The notes under the pieces: generated by a model
The model's input: only the letters and a program-made list of their open reading frames with translations
Database searches by the model: none
Told to the model about the DNA's origin: nothing
Part shown: positions 1 through 9,601 of the stretch, piece after piece
How the letters are laid out: each line of letters starts with the position of its first letter
Numbering within the stretch: the first letter of the stretch is position 1
Source: an uncultured Gemmatimonadales bacterium
GTDB lineage: Bacteria; Gemmatimonadota; Gemmatimonadetes; JACCXV01; JAHWKZ01
NCBI GenBank assembly: GCA_947259315.1
Contig: CAMYLR010000011.1
Location: 72,177-136,176 of the forward strand
Direction: 5' to 3'
Length of the DNA: 64,000 nt
Position numbers and translations under genes: made by a program

Positions 1-1604
1 TCGCTTTTGTATTCACTGGGTCACGGCCGCTCCTGTTCTGGCACCAGGTACTCACCGGCTTGACCGCGTTGGCCCTTCTTTGGGCGGCGCTCGTTTTCTC
101 GCAACAATTGACGTGGAAGCCCCGTTACCTGGCATTCGTCGCGTTCCCACTGGTCTGGTCCTACGTGGCGATGTACCGCTTGGAGAACTTCCTGGCAGCG
201 GCCGCGCCGATGGTTGTATTTCTGAGTTTGGCCACGTTGTGGACGGGGTGGGTGTTCTATCAATACGACCGCAGAGTCGGGTCGACCGGAGCGCGGCTGC
301 TGTTCATCTCGTTGCTCTTGTGGAGCGTACATCATCTCGACTATCCGTTTCTCCGCGCCCGGGGTGTCTGGAGCCCGTGGGGATATTACGTCGACATCAT
401 CTTCGTGCTCGCGATGGGTGCGGGCATCCTGCTGCTCGTGCTCGAGGAGCTTCATCGGGGCTTGGGAACACTCTCCGCGCTGTCGGGAGACCTCCAGCGC
501 GGCGAGAGACGAGTCGAGATCCTCGACGTACTGCTCAATCGCCTGCTCAGCTTACCGGCCGTGAAGGGCGCGGCGATGTACCAGGTGGAGGCCGGTCATC
601 GACAACTCATTCGCGGCGCCGGTATTTGCGCGTCTTGGGAAGACGAGCAGCCCCACGGCGACCTGGCTCGAGCGATCGATACGGCGGTCACGACCGGCCA
701 CCCGGAAGTCGTGCACGGGGGCACCGCCTTGGATGGCGGTCCCGTCGTGGACGCCAAGGAGAGCACCTACGCCGCTGCTCTGCCCGTCCTGCGGGGATCG
801 GAGGCAACCGGTGCGATCGTGGTGATCGGTGACTCCAGCGACCCCTTTGCGGCCCTCGATGCCCGTTTTTTGGTGGCCCTCGGTCAGCAGATCGGCGTCG
901 CTCTGGAAAAGGCCGACCTCGATCAGCGATTGCGGACTCGTACAGCCGAGCTCGAACGACTCGCTTCTAGGATGGTGCGACAGCATGAGGAACAGCGACG
1001 CCGTATCTCGCGCGAGCTACACGATGAGACAGCACAGGTGTTCTCGGCGGTCAAGCTGAATCTGGGCCTCGTAAGCGAGTCGGCTCGAGCCGAGGAGGCC
1101 GCTCGGCTCGACCAGGTGCTGGAGCTGATCGACACTGGAATCGATAGCATTCGCAGGGTGACCCAGGATCTGCGGCCCTCGGTACTCGATGAGCTTGGCC
1201 TGCTTCCCGCGTTGCACGCGTTGGTGGGCGACTTCGGAGAGACGACCGGTCTCGCGATCCGTTTTGTGGCGCCCAACGCCCTGCCCGAGCTGTCTTCTGA
1301 AGCCGAGTTGGCGCTGTTTCGTGTTCTGCAGGAGGGGTTGACGAATGTGGCTCGGCACGCGCAGGCGAGTGCGGTCGAGGTAACGGTTGAATCAAGGGAC
1401 GATCAGATCGTGGTTCACGTCAGAGACGACGGCCGTGGGCTAGAACCCGGTCGAGCCGACCGCCTGTCGGATGATGGCAGGTTGGGGCTGGTGGGTATGC
1501 GGGAGCGTATCGGCGGGCTCGGGGGTTCGGTCAGCGTCACCGGTGAGTCGGGGACGGGAGTCGACCTTAGTGTCCGACTGCCGTTGGACGAGGTGGCGAC
1601 GTGA
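1..1604 (+). CDS. Sensor histidine kinase, 5' partial. Polytopic N-terminus, GAF domain, HisKA_3 dimerisation/phosphoacceptor domain and HATPase_c.
   Basis: The frame is open to base 1 with no upstream stop, so the gene starts outside the window. The N-terminus is hydrophobic (TM helices). A GAF-like block (VVIGDSSDPF...LGQQIGVALEKA) is present. The H-box RRISRELHDETAQ is typical of the NarX/HisKA_3 family. The C-terminal G-boxes (VTGESGTGVDLSV) match an ATPase domain. A 4-bp GTGA overlap with the downstream regulator implies translational coupling. Confidence 0.75.
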   Translation, partial: AFVFTGSRPLLFWHQVLTGLTALALLWAALVFSQQLTWKPRYLAFVAFPLVWSYVAMYRLENFLAAAAPMVVFLSLATLWTGWVFYQYDRRVGSTGARLLFISLLLWSVHHLDYPFLRARGVWSPWGYYVDIIFVLAMGAGILLLVLEELHRGLGTLSALSGDLQRGERRVEILDVLLNRLLSLPAVKGAAMYQVEAGHRQLIRGAGICASWEDEQPHGDLARAIDTAVTTGHPEVVHGGTALDGGPVVDAKESTYAAALPVLRGSEATGAIVVIGDSSDPFAALDARFLVALGQQIGVALEKADLDQRLRTRTAELERLASRMVRQHEEQRRRISRELHDETAQVFSAVKLNLGLVSESARAEEAARLDQVLELIDTGIDSIRRVTQDLRPSVLDELGLLPALHALVGDFGETTGLAIRFVAPNALPELSSEAELALFRVLQEGLTNVARHAQASAVEVTVESRDDQIVVHVRDDGRGLEPGRADRLSDDGRLGLVGMRERIGGLGGSVSVTGESGTGVDLSVRLPLDEVAT

Positions 1605-2260
1605 GCTCGGAGAACATACGGGTCCTCGTCGTTGACGATCATCCTCTGGTGCGTGAGGGTATCCGACACGTGCTGAATGAAGGCAGCGGTCTCGAAGTGA
1701 CCGCCGAGGCGGCCAGCGGCGAAGAGGCTCTGAAACTGGCCCAGTCTCACCACCCTGACGTGATCCTGTTGGACATCTCGATGCCGGGCGAGTCGGGTTT
1801 GAAGGTCGCCACCAAGCTCCGGAGTTGTGTTCCCGAAGCGCGGATTCTGATTCTCAGCATGCATGACCACGCGGAGTTTGTGTTGGGCGCGGTAAGAGCG
1901 GGGGTACACGGGTACGTGCTCAAAGACTCGCTACCCGTGGAGCTCAGGCAGGCCGTGCGGACCGTTTACGGTGGGGAGGAGTTCTTTAGTCCACCGGTCG
2001 CCAGTCGACTGAGCGCGGCACTTCGCGGAGAGGTTCCTGTGGAAGCGAAGCGGCAGAGAATCGAATCGCTTACGAAGCGCGAACGCGAGGTGCTGGTGCA
2101 CGTCGCGATGGGGAGATCGAACAAGGAGGTTGCGGGGGAGCTCAGCATTAGCGTCCGCACCGTGGAGACACACCGGGAGAACCTGATGCGAAAGCTCGAC
2201 ATCCACTCGGTGGCCGAACTCACGCGCTTGGCTCTGAAGACCGGCCTCGTCCCCGAGTAG
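1601..2260 (+). CDS. Two-component response regulator of the NarL/FixJ (LuxR-HTH) family
   Basis: REC domain (VLVVDDHPLVREG...DVILLDISMPG) with the phospho-acceptor Asp context. C-terminal LuxR-type HTH (LTKREREVLVHVAMGRSNKEVAGELSISVRTVETHRENLMRKL). The start codon overlaps the kinase stop codon. Confidence 0.85.
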   Translation: MSSENIRVLVVDDHPLVREGIRHVLNEGSGLEVTAEAASGEEALKLAQSHHPDVILLDISMPGESGLKVATKLRSCVPEARILILSMHDHAEFVLGAVRAGVHGYVLKDSLPVELRQAVRTVYGGEEFFSPPVASRLSAALRGEVPVEAKRQRIESLTKREREVLVHVAMGRSNKEVAGELSISVRTVETHRENLMRKLDIHSVAELTRLALKTGLVPE

Positions 2261-2399
2261 GGATTCTCACCACTACCATCCGTAGTACTACGGACTTTTC
2301 CGGGCCGTAGAATCCCGAATTTTCCGGTGTGCAAAAAACCCCTACAATCGGTTCGTAGTCCTATTCATGACATATGCGGTTGAAAGGAGACCGACGTCC

Positions 2400-4586
2400 A
2401 TGACACTACTCTGTGAGTCTCTCTCCAGATTGCGCCGTTACGCTGCGGCAGTCACGCTCATGGTTCTTGCGTTCACGGGCACTGCGGTAGCCCAGGCCGC
2501 CCAGGCTCCCGACACTACGCAGCAAGGTGAGCTGGATCTGATCTGGGTTACGCCGATCACGGTGACGGTTACGCGCACCGCGACCGACGTCTTCGATAGC
2601 CCTGCGCCCGTGAGTGTGCTCGACGAGTGGATGATTCGGGATCGAGCTCCCAACACGGTGACCGATCTGTTCAAGGATCTTCCCGGGCTCGACGTGAATG
2701 GCGTCGGCACAAACCAGACCCGACCCGCGATTCGCGGCCAGCGAGGCCAACGTATCCTGCTGCTCCAAGACGGGATGCGGCTCAACAACTCACGCCGTCA
2801 GCAGGACTTTGGCGAGATCCCGGCGCTTGTCGACGTAGCTTCGGTGGAGAGCGTCGAAGTCGTGCGTGGGCCGGCCTCCGTACTGTACGGAACGGACGCG
2901 ATCGGCGGGGTGGTCAACGTTGTGACCCGCGTACCATCTGAGGAGGGTGTGCACGGTACCGTTGGGTACCGCTTCAGCACTCACGACGATCAGAACAAAG
3001 GCGCTCTCAGCTTGTCGGGAAAGAACAGCCACGTCTACTTCCTGGCCAGTGGCACCTACCGGGACAGTGATGCCTACGACGCGCCGTCCGGCTCGTTCGG
3101 AGACATCCGCCTCGAATCAGATACCGAGGTTCAGAACACCGGGATACAGGATGACAGCTTCAATCTGCTTCTCGGTTTTATGCCGGCACCAGAACAAGAC
3201 CTGACGTTCAAGCTCGAGCGGTATCGCGCCGAAGAAACTGGGTTTGGTTTTGTGGATCCAGCTGCGTTTGCGCCCGACGACCCGCTGATCGAGATCGTGT
3301 ATCCGTTTCAGGATTTCGATAAGTACACCCTTCGGTACCGCGCGCAGAGTTTGAATACGGCTCTCGCCGATGAGCTCGATGTGCTGGGCTACTGGCAGGA
3401 CAATGAGCGCGCGTTGGAACTCGGGCTGATGATGCCGATCGGCCCCGAGGCGACGCTCGACATCGTGACCGAGAACTTCACTGACTTAGAGACTAGTGGG
3501 TTCCGGGCCGAGGCCCAAAAGCAAGCCGCAGATATCCACCGTTTCACCTACGGGCTCGACTACTTCCGCGATGACTCGAAGAATACGGATCTGACTACGA
3601 CCACGATCCTGGGGTTCGGACCGCCGATGATCGAGGAGGACGACTCGTCTTCGGTCCCGAATTCGACGTACCGCAGCGTAGGAGCGTTCTTGCAGGACGA
3701 AATCGCGCTGCCGTCGGACGTGTCTCTCGTTTTAGGGGTGCGGTTCCAGGATGTCGAGGCTGAAGCCGATCCGACGCCTGGTTTGGATCCTTCGCTGGAG
3801 TCGCAGTCACACCAGACGGTGGTCGCTTCGGCCAGTACAACCATTGGCGTGACCGATAACCTGAATCTGATCGGCTCCGTCGGTCGGGCATTCCGTGCGC
3901 CGAACCTGGTCGAGCTGTTCTTTAGCGGACCGACCCCCGAGGGCGCCGCGTTCCAGTCGCGAAACCCGGATCTCGAACCCGAGACGAGTCTCAACCTCGA
4001 CATCGGCGCTCGGTATCGCGGGAGGCTGTTCTACATCGAGGGGTTCGTGTTCCGGAATGAAGTCAAGGATGGCATTCGCATCGCGCCGACCGGAAACACG
4101 ATCAATGAGTTGCCCGAGTTCCAGAATGTGAACGTCGACGAGCTCCTTTTCCGTGGTGTCGAAATCGCCGGCGACGTTCAGCTGCTGAACGGGGTCTACT
4201 TCGGGGGCAACTACACGTACCTGTCGACACGCGACGAGAACGATCGATCGAACCCGGTCGGCGAGTCGTTCTCGAGCAAGCTCAACCTGCACCTCGGAAT
4301 CGAAGATCCTGGTGAGCGGTGGTTCGCGGAGTATCGGCTGCGTCACAACGGTGACCGCGAGGATGTCCTCCTAGTGACGAACCCGGTCGGCCCGGAGCTT
4401 CCCGCGTTCACGACGCACACGCTTCGCGGCGGTTTGACCGTCTTCGAGAACACGTCCTACCGCCAGCGGATCGGGATCACCGTCGCCAATCTGACGGACG
4501 AACTGTACGCCGAGTTCTCGAACGCCAGCTTCTTCCGGCCCGAGCCCGGCCGCACGTTGATCGTGACGTGGGGGCTGGACTTCTAG
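2400..4586 (+). CDS. TonB-dependent outer-membrane receptor
   Basis: An AAGGAG RBS lies 6 nt before the ATG at 2400. The signal peptide ends ...AVAQA. Plug-domain motifs are present (VTRTATDVFDSPAPVSVL, IRGQRGQRILLLQDGMRLNN, VEVVRGPASVLYGTDAIGGVVNV). A long beta-barrel follows. The C-terminus ends in aromatic ...TWGLDF, typical of TonB-dependent receptors. The track ORF begins at 2367; the start was chosen by RBS. Confidence 0.8.
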   Translation: MTLLCESLSRLRRYAAAVTLMVLAFTGTAVAQAAQAPDTTQQGELDLIWVTPITVTVTRTATDVFDSPAPVSVLDEWMIRDRAPNTVTDLFKDLPGLDVNGVGTNQTRPAIRGQRGQRILLLQDGMRLNNSRRQQDFGEIPALVDVASVESVEVVRGPASVLYGTDAIGGVVNVVTRVPSEEGVHGTVGYRFSTHDDQNKGALSLSGKNSHVYFLASGTYRDSDAYDAPSGSFGDIRLESDTEVQNTGIQDDSFNLLLGFMPAPEQDLTFKLERYRAEETGFGFVDPAAFAPDDPLIEIVYPFQDFDKYTLRYRAQSLNTALADELDVLGYWQDNERALELGLMMPIGPEATLDIVTENFTDLETSGFRAEAQKQAADIHRFTYGLDYFRDDSKNTDLTTTTILGFGPPMIEEDDSSSVPNSTYRSVGAFLQDEIALPSDVSLVLGVRFQDVEAEADPTPGLDPSLESQSHQTVVASASTTIGVTDNLNLIGSVGRAFRAPNLVELFFSGPTPEGAAFQSRNPDLEPETSLNLDIGARYRGRLFYIEGFVFRNEVKDGIRIAPTGNTINELPEFQNVNVDELLFRGVEIAGDVQLLNGVYFGGNYTYLSTRDENDRSNPVGESFSSKLNLHLGIEDPGERWFAEYRLRHNGDREDVLLVTNPVGPELPAFTTHTLRGGLTVFENTSYRQRIGITVANLTDELYAEFSNASFFRPEPGRTLIVTWGLDF

Positions 4587-4621
4587 TGTTGGATCTCAGC
4601 TAGCTCCAACGAGGGAGGGGC

Positions 4622-5329
4622 ATGAGAGAGCCGGTCCACTTCATCCCGATCGCGACCACGGTGATCGCATTGGTGTTCGCGCGAATCGTGTTCGAACGGT
4701 ATCGCGGGCGCGGCGGAACACACCTCCTTTGGTGGTCGATCGGGATTCTGCTCTACGGAGTCGGGACGCTAACTGAGTCGTTGGTGACCCTCTTTGGCTG
4801 GAATGCGGTCGTTTTCAAGGCCTGGTACATCTCGGGTGCCCTGCTGGGCGGCGCGCCGCTCGCGCAGGGCACCGTGTACCTGTTGTTGAAACGGCGGACG
4901 GCCAATCGGTTGGCGAGCGTCCTCTTACCCTACATTGGCGTGGCGGCCGCTTGCGTGATTCTCTCACCGGTCAATTACGAGCTCGTCGAAGCACACCGAT
5001 TGACCGGTGCGGTCTTCGAGTGGCAGTGGGTGCGTTTATTCAGCCCATTCATCAACACGTACGCGTTCATCTTCCTCGTCGGCGGCGCCGTGTTGTCGGC
5101 GGTGCGATTCTATCGCAGCGCGGGTACGCACCACCGCTTTGTCGGAAACGTGTTTATAGCGGTCGGTGCGCTCTTGCCGGGCATCGGCGGGATGGCCACC
5201 CGAATGGGACACACCGACGTTCTGTACGTCATGGAGTTCATCGGTATCGTTCTCATCTGGATGGGTTACCGATGGAACATCAAGACGCCCAAGGAAGTGC
5301 TTTCCAAACCACTGGCGGCAGCGACCTGA
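4622..5329 (+). CDS. Polytopic membrane protein, function unknown
   Basis: GGGAGGGG RBS directly upstream of the ATG. About 6 predicted TM segments. No recognisable catalytic motif. Confidence 0.5.
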   Translation: MREPVHFIPIATTVIALVFARIVFERYRGRGGTHLLWWSIGILLYGVGTLTESLVTLFGWNAVVFKAWYISGALLGGAPLAQGTVYLLLKRRTANRLASVLLPYIGVAAACVILSPVNYELVEAHRLTGAVFEWQWVRLFSPFINTYAFIFLVGGAVLSAVRFYRSAGTHHRFVGNVFIAVGALLPGIGGMATRMGHTDVLYVMEFIGIVLIWMGYRWNIKTPKEVLSKPLAAAT

Positions 5330-5343
5330 GGGGTTGGGTCGGC

Positions 5344-5583
5344 ATGCGTGACGATACCGACGGTCTGATCGTGGTCGCGACGTGTGATGCCCGGCACAAG
5401 GCTGAGCTGTTGGTGGAGCTGCTGGAGGATGGTGGGATCGCGGCTGTACTCGAAGACGGGGAGTCGATCGGGTTTGGATCCAAGCCGCCTTTCGGTCCGT
5501 TTCACGTTGCCGTGCGATCCGATGACGCCGAATCTGCGAAGGAGTTGGTGGCTGGCTGGTGGGAAGCTGACGACTCGGACTAG
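5344..5583 (+). CDS. Small DUF2007-like (putative signal-transducing, ferredoxin-like fold) protein
   Basis: An ATG lies inside the longer out-of-frame track ORF 4951..5583. The sequence LIVVATCDARHKAELLVELLEDGGIAAVLED...FHVAVRSDDAESAKELV resembles the beta-alpha-beta-beta-alpha-beta DUF2007 pattern. Confidence 0.4.
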   Translation: MRDDTDGLIVVATCDARHKAELLVELLEDGGIAAVLEDGESIGFGSKPPFGPFHVAVRSDDAESAKELVAGWWEADDSD

Positions 5584-6530
5584 GTAGTGCTTGCAGACGC
5601 GGGGATGGTCGTCGACTGGGCTCGAACCCACCATCCGAAAACGAATAACGTGAACAGTATCCGCGCGGCCTGACCCGCGGGCACACCGAAGCCGAGAGTC
5701 GCGGTCAACTGTGGAGCGGCGAACCAGTAGTAGGTCCCGACCGCCAACGCGGCCAGTACTGGCAGAATCCTCACTACGGAGACCCTGGCCAACCCCGTAA
5801 TCACCGCAATGATGGCGTAGCTCGCTGCCGCACCCAGGAATACGGTCGCGTAGACCGAAGCCGCCGAGCTCAGCGGTCCGTCCGCGGTCTGGAAATATCC
5901 GAATACGAACCCCGGGAACCCGGCGGCGAACGCTCCAAACGGCGTGGCCAACCAGCGGTTGGAGTCGAGCGACTCGCCCAAGGCCACCAACGGCGCCTGC
6001 TGAGGCGATGGGTCGATACACGTGGCCGAACACACCGTGCAACACCGCGTGTGGCCGACCTTCAGGATCGGACGCTGGCCATAGAGACGTTCGACCGGCA
6101 GCACGGGGCAGACCGCGTTGCAGAAGCCGGATCTCGCCTTGAACAATGCGCCCAGCAGGACAGCCAGGACCCCGACTGCCAGTATCGTGATCGCCAGCGC
6201 GGTTCCGTTTTGATTGAACAGAAACCGTCGGGCGGGCACGAGGGCCCCAAACAGCGCGATTCCGATGATGGGGGCTGCGGTGACAAACCAGGACGGTGGC
6301 CAGGGTGCGTCCGAGATTCTGTTTCCGTGCAGGTTCAGCGTTGACAGCGGACAGGTGTTTCGCCACAGCAACGGTGTCAGCAGGAGTGACGCTGGGACCA
6401 ACGGGATCACGACGTTCCAGAGGATCTCGAGCGTTGGTGCAGGCCATTGGAAGAGGCCGACGAGAAGGACCGGGGTAGCCAGCAGGCCGACCCACTCGGC
6501 GACTCTCCACGGGCGGCTATTACTGGTCAT
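5580..6530 (-). CDS. Polytopic membrane protein with cysteine-rich (Fe-S-like) motifs
   Basis: Start chosen at ATG 6530 (MTSNSRPW...), preceded by AGAGGAG. The track ORF extends to 6602. Many TM helices. Central cluster FCNAVCPV...HTRCCTVCSATCIDP (CX3CP plus CCX2CX3C), reminiscent of NapH/MauN/CcoG-type membrane polyferredoxins. Confidence 0.45.
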   Translation of the reverse strand: MTSNSRPWRVAEWVGLLATPVLLVGLFQWPAPTLEILWNVVIPLVPASLLLTPLLWRNTCPLSTLNLHGNRISDAPWPPSWFVTAAPIIGIALFGALVPARRFLFNQNGTALAITILAVGVLAVLLGALFKARSGFCNAVCPVLPVERLYGQRPILKVGHTRCCTVCSATCIDPSPQQAPLVALGESLDSNRWLATPFGAFAAGFPGFVFGYFQTADGPLSSAASVYATVFLGAAASYAIIAVITGLARVSVVRILPVLAALAVGTYYWFAAPQLTATLGFGVPAGQAARILFTLFVFGWWVRAQSTTIPASASTT

Positions 6531-6587
6531 CGTCTCCTCTGGTGCGTAGGCTCGTACTTGGCACACAAACAGATCGAGAGGAGGAGC

Positions 6588-6833
6588 AGCGTGGCCAAAC
6601 ACGATGTCGGTTTCGAGATGCCGCAGCGGGCGCTCGACCGCTCGGACGTGATCTTCCGCGTTCGCGAGGACGGGGAGCTTCTAGGTACGCTGACGGTCTC
6701 AAAGGGATCGGTCGTATGGTTCCCCAAAAAGAGCCACTATGGTCACAGAGTCGGGTGGTCAAGGTTCGACGCCCTAATGCGCGAGCACGTCACGCGCTTC
6801 GAGAAGCGATCGCCGGCGCGCGACACAGACTAA
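6588..6833 (+). CDS. Small hypothetical protein (~81 aa)
   Basis: GTG start preceded by a GAGGAGGAG RBS. Divergent from the 5580..6530 gene. No recognisable domain. Confidence 0.3.
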   Translation, partial: SVAKHDVGFEMPQRALDRSDVIFRVREDGELLGTLTVSKGSVVWFPKKSHYGHRVGWSRFDALMREHVTRFEKRSPARDTD

Positions 6834-8179
6834 TCTGAGTCCCTAGAGCGTGCGTTGGCCACGCGAGCGGATCGCGACGGGCGCCAATCGCCCCCCACAC
6901 ACGTCGAGATGATCGTCTCGTTGCCGGTGCCGAAGATCCACGAGTCCAGTAACGTGTCCGCCTCGCTTCCTCTGAGTGCCGGGGCGGTCAGGTCGAGAGC
7001 CACAAAATCCGCCCAAAGACCCGGCCCGATGAGCCCAGCTTCTACGCCCAGCGCTCGCGCGCCGTTGAGTGTCGCGACGTCGAGCAATGAGGCTGCCACA
7101 CCGCCGTCCTGGTCGGTCACGATACCTCGCTGTTGCGCCTTCAGTCGCTGACCGTACTCGAGCCACCGCATCTCTTCGGTCATGGCGATCCGGGCGTTTG
7201 AATCCGTCCCCAGGCAGATGTGGCCGCCAGCCCTGTGAATCGCCGGGACATCGGCGATTCCGTCCCCGAGGTTGGCCTCGGTCAACGGACAGATGCAGAC
7301 GTTGCCGCCACGTTCGAGAAGACGCTGCATGTCATCGGACGCAGTGTGCGTGCAGTGGATCGCGGTAAAGCGGTCGTCGATCGCGAGCGCGTCGTCTAGC
7401 AGCGCCATCGGCCGGCGCCCGTGGAAACGGACACAATCTTCGACCTCCTGTGGCTGCTCTTCGACGTGGATGTGGAAGACGAGGTCTCGACGGCTGGACT
7501 CTTGGTGGAGCTCGACGATAGCCTCGATCGGGACAGCCCGAACGCTGTGGGCGGCCACGCCCATCGTCTGGGTGTCGGGCTCAAGGCCCGAATAGAGTCG
7601 GTCGACCGACATCCAGAACTCACTCGGTGATCGGGTGTCAAACCGTTGTTGACTCCCATGCAGTGGCTTCCCGAAACCGCCAGCCTCGTAGTGGGTGTTC
7701 AGCAACACTAATCGAATCCCAGCCTCGGCGGCGGCGTCGAGCAGCACGATATCGAGGTCGTAATCACGCTCGGTTGTCGCGTGGTGGACGTAGTGAAACT
7801 CGCCTACGGTGGTGATCCCGGCGTCGCGCATCTCGATAAAAGCCTCGAGGGTGAGCGCGCGGAAACGCTCGGGCTCGAGCGCATCGACGAGCTCGTACAT
7901 CGCTTCGCGCCACGTCCAGAAGCTTCCGCGACCGCTGGGAAACCGCTCCCCGCGACCACGCAACCCGATCTGGAACGCGTGTGAGTGAACGTCGACGAGT
8001 CCCGGCAGCAGCGCCTGGTCCCGAAGGCGACGGGTCGGGTTCAAACCCAGTCGCCCGACAGCCTCGATTCGAGCGCCAGCACCGACCGCCACCTGGACGC
8101 CAGCCTCGAAACGCTCACCAGTCCAGGTGAGATCCGCCTCGATGATCTCGGCCGGAGCGCCGGGTTGGGTGTCGCTCAT
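6830..8179 (-). CDS. hutF: Formimidoylglutamate deiminase (amidohydrolase superfamily)
   Basis: Amidohydrolase metal-ligand HxH (LPGLVDVHSHAFQ). A string of HutF-characteristic blocks is present: SFWTWREAMY, GEFHYVHH, CPLTEANLGDGI and EEMRWLEYGQRL. Length 449 aa fits HutF. Confidence 0.8.
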   Translation of the reverse strand: MSDTQPGAPAEIIEADLTWTGERFEAGVQVAVGAGARIEAVGRLGLNPTRRLRDQALLPGLVDVHSHAFQIGLRGRGERFPSGRGSFWTWREAMYELVDALEPERFRALTLEAFIEMRDAGITTVGEFHYVHHATTERDYDLDIVLLDAAAEAGIRLVLLNTHYEAGGFGKPLHGSQQRFDTRSPSEFWMSVDRLYSGLEPDTQTMGVAAHSVRAVPIEAIVELHQESSRRDLVFHIHVEEQPQEVEDCVRFHGRRPMALLDDALAIDDRFTAIHCTHTASDDMQRLLERGGNVCICPLTEANLGDGIADVPAIHRAGGHICLGTDSNARIAMTEEMRWLEYGQRLKAQQRGIVTDQDGGVAASLLDVATLNGARALGVEAGLIGPGLWADFVALDLTAPALRGSEADTLLDSWIFGTGNETIISTCVGGDWRPSRSARVANARSRDSD

Positions 8180-8244
8180 GGCCTTAGCTTGCTGCGCGCC
8201 GGCGCGCCCGGCAAGCCGGGTCGTCGGGGAGCGCTCGATGGGCG

Positions 8245-9000
8245 ATGAAACCTGGGGCGCCCGACCGCCGTAGGGCGGGAATGGAGGTGACGATGACTGC
8301 TACCACACAGACTGCCACATTTCGTTCCAGTTCGATCCCGAACCCGTTCCTCGTCCTGGCCGAGGCGCGGACCTATACGACGCTGCTGTACCTGTTGCTG
8401 AGCTTTCCGCTGGGATTGGCCTACTTCGTGATCCTCTTGACCGGTGGAGCGCTGGGGATTGGGCTGTCGGTCATCGCCGTCGGCCTGGTGATCCTCTTCA
8501 TGCTCGTCTTGGCCGGTTGGGCGCTGACCGTATTCGAGCGCCAGCTCGCGATACATCTCTTGGGCGCCGATGTCCCCCCCGCCAAACCGGAGGGTGCGCC
8601 CAAGGACGGATGGCTGTGGATCAAGAGCGTGTTTGGGAACCCCGTGACCTGGAAGGGGATCCTCTTCCTGGGGCTCAAGTTCCCGTTGGGTCTGGCCAGT
8701 TGGGTCGTAACGATCGTATTGCTGGCGATCGTTGCCACTTTTGTCACGGCGCCGTTGTCGTTGGCGCTCGGTGCTTCGATCAACATCTTCGAGTGGCAGG
8801 TCGAGACCTACGGGGAGGCCGCCGTGTTGACGCTGATCGGTCTCCTGGCGCTGTTGCCGACCGCCTATTTCCTCAACGCTTTGGGTGCCGTTTGGGCGCG
8901 TTTCGCCGAGGTCATGCTGGGCCGTGAGTGGCCCGAGCCTACACCGTCGCCCGTCGAAGCCGTCTCTTCAGGTGGTGAATCTTACGCCGGACTTTCTTGA
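8245..9000 (+). CDS. Membrane protein with tandem 'putative sensor'-like hydrophobic repeats
   Basis: Two similar halves, each with paired TM helices (YTTLLYLLLSFPLGLAYFVILLTGG... and FLGLKFPLGLASWVVTIVLLAIVATF...), reminiscent of Pfam Sensor-type domains. The likely true start is M at 8281. The 3' end overlaps the convergent gene by ~60 nt, so the end is uncertain. Confidence 0.4.
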   Translation: MKPGAPDRRRAGMEVTMTATTQTATFRSSSIPNPFLVLAEARTYTTLLYLLLSFPLGLAYFVILLTGGALGIGLSVIAVGLVILFMLVLAGWALTVFERQLAIHLLGADVPPAKPEGAPKDGWLWIKSVFGNPVTWKGILFLGLKFPLGLASWVVTIVLLAIVATFVTAPLSLALGASINIFEWQVETYGEAAVLTLIGLLALLPTAYFLNALGAVWARFAEVMLGREWPEPTPSPVEAVSSGGESYAGLS

Positions 9001-9262
9001 GTTCGGCCTTATCACCGGCCTCGAGTGCCGCCGCTCGCTCGACTTTTAGCGCCCGGATCTCGGCTTTCACCTTGTCTTTGTCGATCCCCACGACTTCATG
9101 GTGCACGTGGGCCTCGATCCCGAGCACCTCGCACAGCAGCGGGAGAAGCTGTTCTTTGTGCATGGTGGTGTTGCCGATCAGTCTCTCGTCATTGATCTCG
9201 GCCGCTATATCACGCAGTCGGGCGACCGTCATGTCGTGCAGCTCTTCGTAGGTGTGGGTCAC
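8939..9262 (-). CDS. Rho termination factor N-terminal (Rho_N)-like domain protein
   Basis: TVARLRDIAAEINDERLIGNTTMHKEQLLPLLCEVLGI resembles the Rho_N helix-hairpin, and the tail is basic (KVRRKIHHLKRRLRR). Start placed at GTG 9262, preceded by GGAGG. The track ORF start at 9391 uses rare codons and is unlikely. Confidence 0.4.
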   Translation of the reverse strand: MTHTYEELHDMTVARLRDIAAEINDERLIGNTTMHKEQLLPLLCEVLGIEAHVHHEVVGIDKDKVKAEIRALKVERAAALEAGDKAELKKVRRKIHHLKRRLRRATV

Positions 9263-9601
9263 GTGCGTAATGCCTCCTATTTGAAGTGGCGGATCCCCAG
9301 TCCGGGAAGATATCACCGTGTTGTGGTCTTGAGGAGCGATCGGTAATAGGATTGGATACAGAGCTCCGATAACGGCGATCGCGATGTTCATCGCGAGCGC
9401 AACGCCACGGGTTCCGCCCTCCGAGCCTCATCCGCGCCCAGAGACGCTGGGATCACCTGGCTGCCGAAGAGCCCAGGAATACTGCTTCAGGCCGTGAACT
9501 TCCAACCCCGAGGAGGCGCACGTGAAGCATCTCCTGGAGGGCTTGCGAGGCTCGCGCTCGTGAAGTGAGTCGCTGACTGACCGTAGCGCGGAGGCGCGCC
9601 G

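Noticed and set aside
80-832. 250-aa ORF overlapping the sensor kinase in another frame
   Set aside because: Arg/Gly-rich alternative-frame artefact. The kinase frame carries clear domain motifs.
5266-6510. Long antisense ORFs in high-GC genes. Examples: 5266..6510(-), 23956..25194(-), 24183..25304(-), 30101..31225(-), 35095..35880(-), 47506..48714(-), 58755..59846(-), 14753..15442(-), 20103..20447(-).
   Set aside because: They run opposite to, or are out of frame with, strongly supported genes. Their Arg/Pro/Gly-rich composition is typical of GC-driven spurious frames. They have no RBS and no domain signal.
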